Source: Xylographa opegraphella
Taxonomy: Eukaryota
Length of the DNA: 64,000 nucleotides
Direction of reading: 5' to 3'
Assembly: GCA_022813865.1 (NCBI GenBank)
Contig: JALDZX010000001.1
Span: forward strand, 62,001-126,000
The notes under the pieces were generated by a model that was not told where the DNA came from, did no database searches, and was given only the letters and a program-made list of their open reading frames with translations. This document shows positions 62,750 through 64,000 of the stretch, in pieces (the first letter of the stretch is position 1; each line of letters opens with the position of its first letter). Both the position numbers and the translations under genes were made by a program.

Positions 62750-63830
62750 GGGGTTAAGAGGGGATTTCGCAAGCCGTGGAAAGTAGCCATGTGTTAATTG
62801 GTAGAAGCATCACTTGCTGTTCAGTACTAGCGTAGGAGGTATATGTCACGTTCTCGTGGCCTATACCGAACTTCACCGAATATACGATTACTGTTGCCCC
62901 CGCNNNNNNNNNAATACACGTGCCTTTTAATAGGTTATGAGCCCGGGTTAGCCTAGGTAGCAACAAACGTTAGGTCCAGCAGAACAGGTCTTGTTACTGC
63001 TGATATTCACGCGGCCGTACCCTCGAGCGAACGAGGCAGGATAGTGAATACCTCCTAGAGATCAGCGTGACGCTCAGCAGGAATTCGAACGATTCACGCG
63101 TGCTGCAGCTGTTGAAAGGTGACCTAAAGGACTGGTCCATCTATATAGGGGGAGAACGGGCAGCTCGATACCGATAGGACAACGAGCACCAGGGCAGCTT
63201 GATACCTACACGACAACAAGCAGAAAGGGCAGCTTGATACCTACAGAACAACAAGCAGAAAGGGTAGCTTGCTACAAACGCAATAAATTATTTTTTCTTC
63301 GACACATTCGATTCTTTTNNNNNNNNNNNNNNNNNNNNNNNNNNNNNNNNNNNNNNNNNNNNNNNNNNAGCGTCTATATTGCCTGCAGGCAACATAGAGG
63401 GCATTCTGCCAGGCAACGCTATTTCCAACAAAAAATAATAATTATTTAATAAAAATAAAAAAGGCTACGTTAATATACTGTTTAAATAAAACGATACAAT
63501 AATAATAAATTAATTAAATTTTTTATATTTTGTCTTAATATTTATATTCACTGTTAATACGCATTGATTATTGTGACTGTTGTATTTATTATAAATATTG
63601 TTTTTGAACGTGATTTTACGTGTCTTCTATGTGTTTTTACGTGTATATTATTTGTATTTGTATGTAATTCATAATACATGAAAAAACCTTAGGGTATCGG
63701 AGTTTTAGAAGACACCACTATACAGACATGTCGTGTAATAGGTAGGGAAAGGGAGTACCTCAGCGCATTTGCTATATATACTATATACTGCTATTATGTT
63801 AAATATGTTTTAGTACTTACTGTCTCTATA
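62750..63830. mobile_element. Probable RIP-degenerate repeat or transposon remnant spanning two assembly gaps
   Basis: Shift to TpA-rich, CpA/TpG-poor-looking sequence, very AT-rich at 63430-63700. No long ORF. N-runs at about 62904 and 63319-63368. Element family not identifiable. Confidence 0.45.
63191..63271 (+). repeat. 35-bp tandem repeat, about 2.3 copies
   Basis: AGGGCAGCTTGATACCTACACGACAACAAGCAGAA / AGGGCAGCTTGATACCTACAGAACAACAAGCAGAA / AGGGTAGCTTG. Confidence 0.9.
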
Positions 63831-64000
63831 TCATACCAAAGCGTTCCCATCTCCACTCCGCGATCACCCCCGAAGCTCCACCCCGCGAACACACCCCACT
63901 TTGATGTCGTTACCAACTCCTGACTCCCTAGACGAACCTGACCAGGCTCGCGGCAACCGCTCCGAACGCCAGCCTGATAAGGAGGCTCCTCAGGAACCCT

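Noticed and set aside
63191..63271. 35-bp repeats as a CRISPR-like array
   Set aside because: Head-to-tail copies without spacers, in a eukaryotic genome with no cas genes.

Overview
Intron-rich eukaryotic DNA from a filamentous ascomycete (Pezizomycotina-type genes, GT-AG introns of about 50-70 nt, draft assembly with N gaps near the end). Conserved housekeeping genes make up most of the window: a vacuolar Ca2+/H+ exchanger, PRP22, URB1/NPA1, eIF2B-alpha, NECAP, SreA GATA factor, TVP15, AP-3 beta, a GH18 ENGase-type protein and an EF-hand external NADH dehydrogenase. These bracket a ~15 kb accessory block (18.3-33.1 kb) that looks like a compact sesquiterpenoid biosynthetic gene cluster. It contains a LaeA-like methyltransferase, a CYP58-clan-like P450, a PTH11/rhodopsin-like membrane protein, a multi-exon class I terpene cyclase (only fragments show in the ORF track) and a secreted GMC oxidoreductase. 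Other notable items are a probable 4E-T/Eap1-like eIF4E-binding protein, a probable Rdl1/SWSAP1-like Shu-complex subunit, a perfect 25-bp hairpin, recurrent GC-rich islands with a C-to-G skew flip, a frameshifted FAD-oxidoreductase pseudogene, and a TA-rich, RIP-like repeat region at the right end. Gene models were spliced by eye and family calls come from recalled motifs, not database searches.
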